Assembly: GCA_038060895.1 (NCBI GenBank)
Contig: JBBTCT010000035.1
Span: 44,891 to 95,109 of the forward strand
DNA: 50,219 nucleotides
Source of the DNA: Planctomycetota bacterium
GTDB lineage: Bacteria; Planctomycetota; MHYJ01; WSZJ01
Reading direction: 5' to 3'
In this document: positions 48,282 to 50,219 of the stretch, in pieces
Layout of the letters: each line of letters opens with the position of its first letter
How positions within the stretch are numbered: position 1 is the first letter of the stretch
Translations under genes and position numbers: made by a program
The notes under the pieces: model-generated
The model's input: only the letters and a program-made list of their open reading frames with translations
Told to the model about the DNA's origin: nothing
Databases searched by the model: none

Positions 48282-48443
48282 CAAGGGGCGCCTCCAAGGT
48301 GACGCCCGCAAGGGGCGCAGTGCGCCGAATGGTCGGCGCGCCGAGCAGGCCGCAAAGTTGCGGCCCGGTCTCTGCCTTGATACTTCCCCCCGAACCAGGT
48401 TCGGAGGAGACGGAAATCTAAGGGCGGCCGTCGATTAATGCAA

Positions 48444-48587
48444 GGGGGTAGTTGGTAGCCGGTAGTGGGTAGGGACCGAGGCCGACGGGGCGGATGTGGT
48501 GCGCGACCAAACTTGAGGCTAACAGCGCGCTGGTGGACCAGAGCGGGGCCCTAAGGGGAGCGTTGCTACCTGGTGCCAACTACCCCC
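48444..48587. repeat. 144-bp element with 12-bp terminal IR and GGTAGNN heptamers
   Basis: GGGGGTAGTTGG (48444-48455) and CCAACTACCCCC (48576-48587); GGTAGTT GGTAGCC GGTAGTG GGTAGGG. Confidence 0.7.
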
Positions 48588-48595
48588 CCCTGCCC

Positions 48596-49897
48596 CTACT
48601 CCTCATTCTCCACGATCATGAACTTCATCTGCGCCTCGGACACCATCTGCCCGTCCACGGAACACTTCGTGTAGACGTGCGCCGTCCTGGCCTTGATCTT
48701 CAGGGCCTCCGCCTCAATCCGGAGCTGGTCGCCCGGGACCACGGTCTTGCGGAGCTTGCACTGGTCTATCGAGAGCAGTACCGCCAGCTTCTGCTGGTTT
48801 TCCGCCTTGCGCATGAGGAGGGCGCCCGCGAGCTGCGCCATAGCTTCGATCTGCAGCACGCCCGGCATGATTGGCTGGCCGGGAAAGTGTCCCTGGAAGA
48901 ACGGTTCGTTGAAAGTCACGTTCTTGATGCCGACCGCGCGCCGGTAGCTGTCCAGCTCGATCACCTTGTCGATGAGCAGAAACGGGTACCGGTGCGGCAG
49001 AATCTTCAGGATCTCGCGCACGTCGAGCATCGTGCCGGAGGACTTCTTCGGCGCCGGAGCGAGCCCTTCCATCTGCCGCATGATTTCCTGCACCAGCTTG
49101 TGATTGATCGCGTGGCCGGAGCGGACGGCAATGACGTGCGCCTTCAGGTACGACCCCGCCAGGTACAGGTCCCCGACGATGTCGAGGATCTTGTGGCGGA
49201 CCATTTCGTCGGGGAAGCGCAGCGTGTTGTCGCGGACTCCCGCCTTGTCAACGATCAGGGTGTTCTGGGTCGTGCAGCCCTTCCCGAACCCCTGCTTGAG
49301 CAACTCCTCGACCTCGGTCGAGAGGCACCAGGTCCGCGCCGGGGCGATTTCCCGGACGAAGCTGTCGGGAGTGACGGCGACGGTGTAGTGCTGCGCGTGA
49401 AACGGCAGATTCTCGTGGTTGAGCGTGTAGGAAATGGTCAGGCCTTCGTTCGAAGGAAGGGCGACGATGCTCTGCTCGCCCTCACGGATCGTGATCGGTT
49501 CCTTGAGCGCGTAGTAGCCCTTCGGCTTGTCCTGGTCCACGATTCCCGCCGAAGTGAGGGCGTCGCAGAACGGGGCGCTGGAGCCGTCGCCGCCAGGCAC
49601 TTCGATGCCGTTGATCTCGACTTCGAGATTGTCGATGGAGAGGCCTCCCGCGGCGGCGAGGAGGTGTTCGACGGTTTCGATTTCTGCGCCGTCGAGCGCG
49701 ACCGAGGTGCGGCGCGGCTTGATCGTGGCGGTCGAGGCGTTCGCGGGGATGCGGGGACGGCCCGGGAGATCCACGCGCGTGAAGCTGACGCCCGAATCGA
49801 CGGGCGCCGGGAGCATGCGGACGCGGGTCCTCATGCCTGAAAAGAGCCCGATTCCCTCGAGCTCAGCCGGGCGGCTGATCGTTCTCTGGAGTCTCAC
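48596..49897 (-). CDS. lpxC-fabZ: Bifunctional LpxC deacetylase / FabZ dehydratase
   Basis: LQRTI, TVEHLLA, DGSS, RHKILD; LPHRYPFLLID, FQGHFPGQPIMPGVLQIEAMAQ; GTG start with SD GAGGAGG. Confidence 0.95.
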   Translation of the reverse strand: MRLQRTISRPAELEGIGLFSGMRTRVRMLPAPVDSGVSFTRVDLPGRPRIPANASTATIKPRRTSVALDGAEIETVEHLLAAAGGLSIDNLEVEINGIEVPGGDGSSAPFCDALTSAGIVDQDKPKGYYALKEPITIREGEQSIVALPSNEGLTISYTLNHENLPFHAQHYTVAVTPDSFVREIAPARTWCLSTEVEELLKQGFGKGCTTQNTLIVDKAGVRDNTLRFPDEMVRHKILDIVGDLYLAGSYLKAHVIAVRSGHAINHKLVQEIMRQMEGLAPAPKKSSGTMLDVREILKILPHRYPFLLIDKVIELDSYRRAVGIKNVTFNEPFFQGHFPGQPIMPGVLQIEAMAQLAGALLMRKAENQQKLAVLLSIDQCKLRKTVVPGDQLRIEAEALKIKARTAHVYTKCSVDGQMVSEAQMKFMIVENEE

Positions 49898-50113
49898 CTT
49901 TCCTCCTCTGGCTTCCGCCCCCCACCGGGCGCGGCGTACCGGGACTGATTCCCGGGCGACAAAAAATCGTCCGGGACCGGGACAGTGCTCTTGGAGGCCA
50001 TCGGCTGCAGGTCCGCGCGGTCTCCTCGCTTCTCCACATCGTGGAGCCGGGAGCCGGGCAGGCGACGCCACGCGGCGCCTTGACCCGCAAGCACCTGTCG
50101 TACGACGGGAGGG

Positions 50114-50142
50114 ATGCTATGTAAGAGAGGCTGGCAAGTCAA
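50114..50142 (-). promoter_or_regulatory. Sigma70-like promoter of the lpx operon
   Basis: TTGACT-N17-TAGCAT. Confidence 0.65.
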
Positions 50143-50165
50143 GGGTGGCCAGGACTGCGCGGAGG

Positions 50166-50219
50166 GAGCGGGCGAGCGGGCGAGCGGGCGAGCGGGCGAG
50201 CGGGCGAGCGGGCGAGCGG
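50166..50219. repeat. Perfect 8-mer tandem repeat (GAGCGGGC)n running off the window end
   Basis: 6.75 units visible. Confidence 0.9.

Noticed and set aside
1-50219. tRNA (including tRNA-Sec), rRNA, selA/selB/selD, transposases, integrases
   Set aside because: None recognised by eye; a tRNAscan or Infernal run is needed to exclude small RNAs.

Overview
GC-rich bacterial window, probably Planctomycetota (inferred from the Ser/Thr kinase-WD40 protein, TPR and pentapeptide expansions and DUF1570-like peptidase). The left half (1-29 kb) is accessory signalling and defence-like DNA. The right half is mostly housekeeping: pyrB-pyrC, coaX, pilT/U, obgE, rplU, PTS IIA and lpxC-fabZ/lpxA/gnnA-like/lpxB. 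Four main results. (1) Three genes that the ORF track splits in two read through one in-frame TGA at a redox-Cys position, each followed by a SECIS-like hairpin. They are predicted selenoproteins: a TlpA-like WUGPC oxidoreductase, a selenoprotein-N-like thioredoxin-fold protein, and a UshA-like CGU domain fused to a tetraheme cytochrome c. (2) Four stand-alone TPR genes begin at or just before the motif YLFRHxLLRDAAYQLQLPG, which lies mid-protein in the full-length cyclase-STAND-TPR gene at 40.5-43.8 kb. This suggests a split NLR-like sensor system. (3) A REP-like repeat sits in frame twice inside a 2119-aa gene. (4) There are several long intergenic inverted repeats and heptamer arrays. No rRNA, tRNA, CRISPR array, transposase or integrase was recognised.
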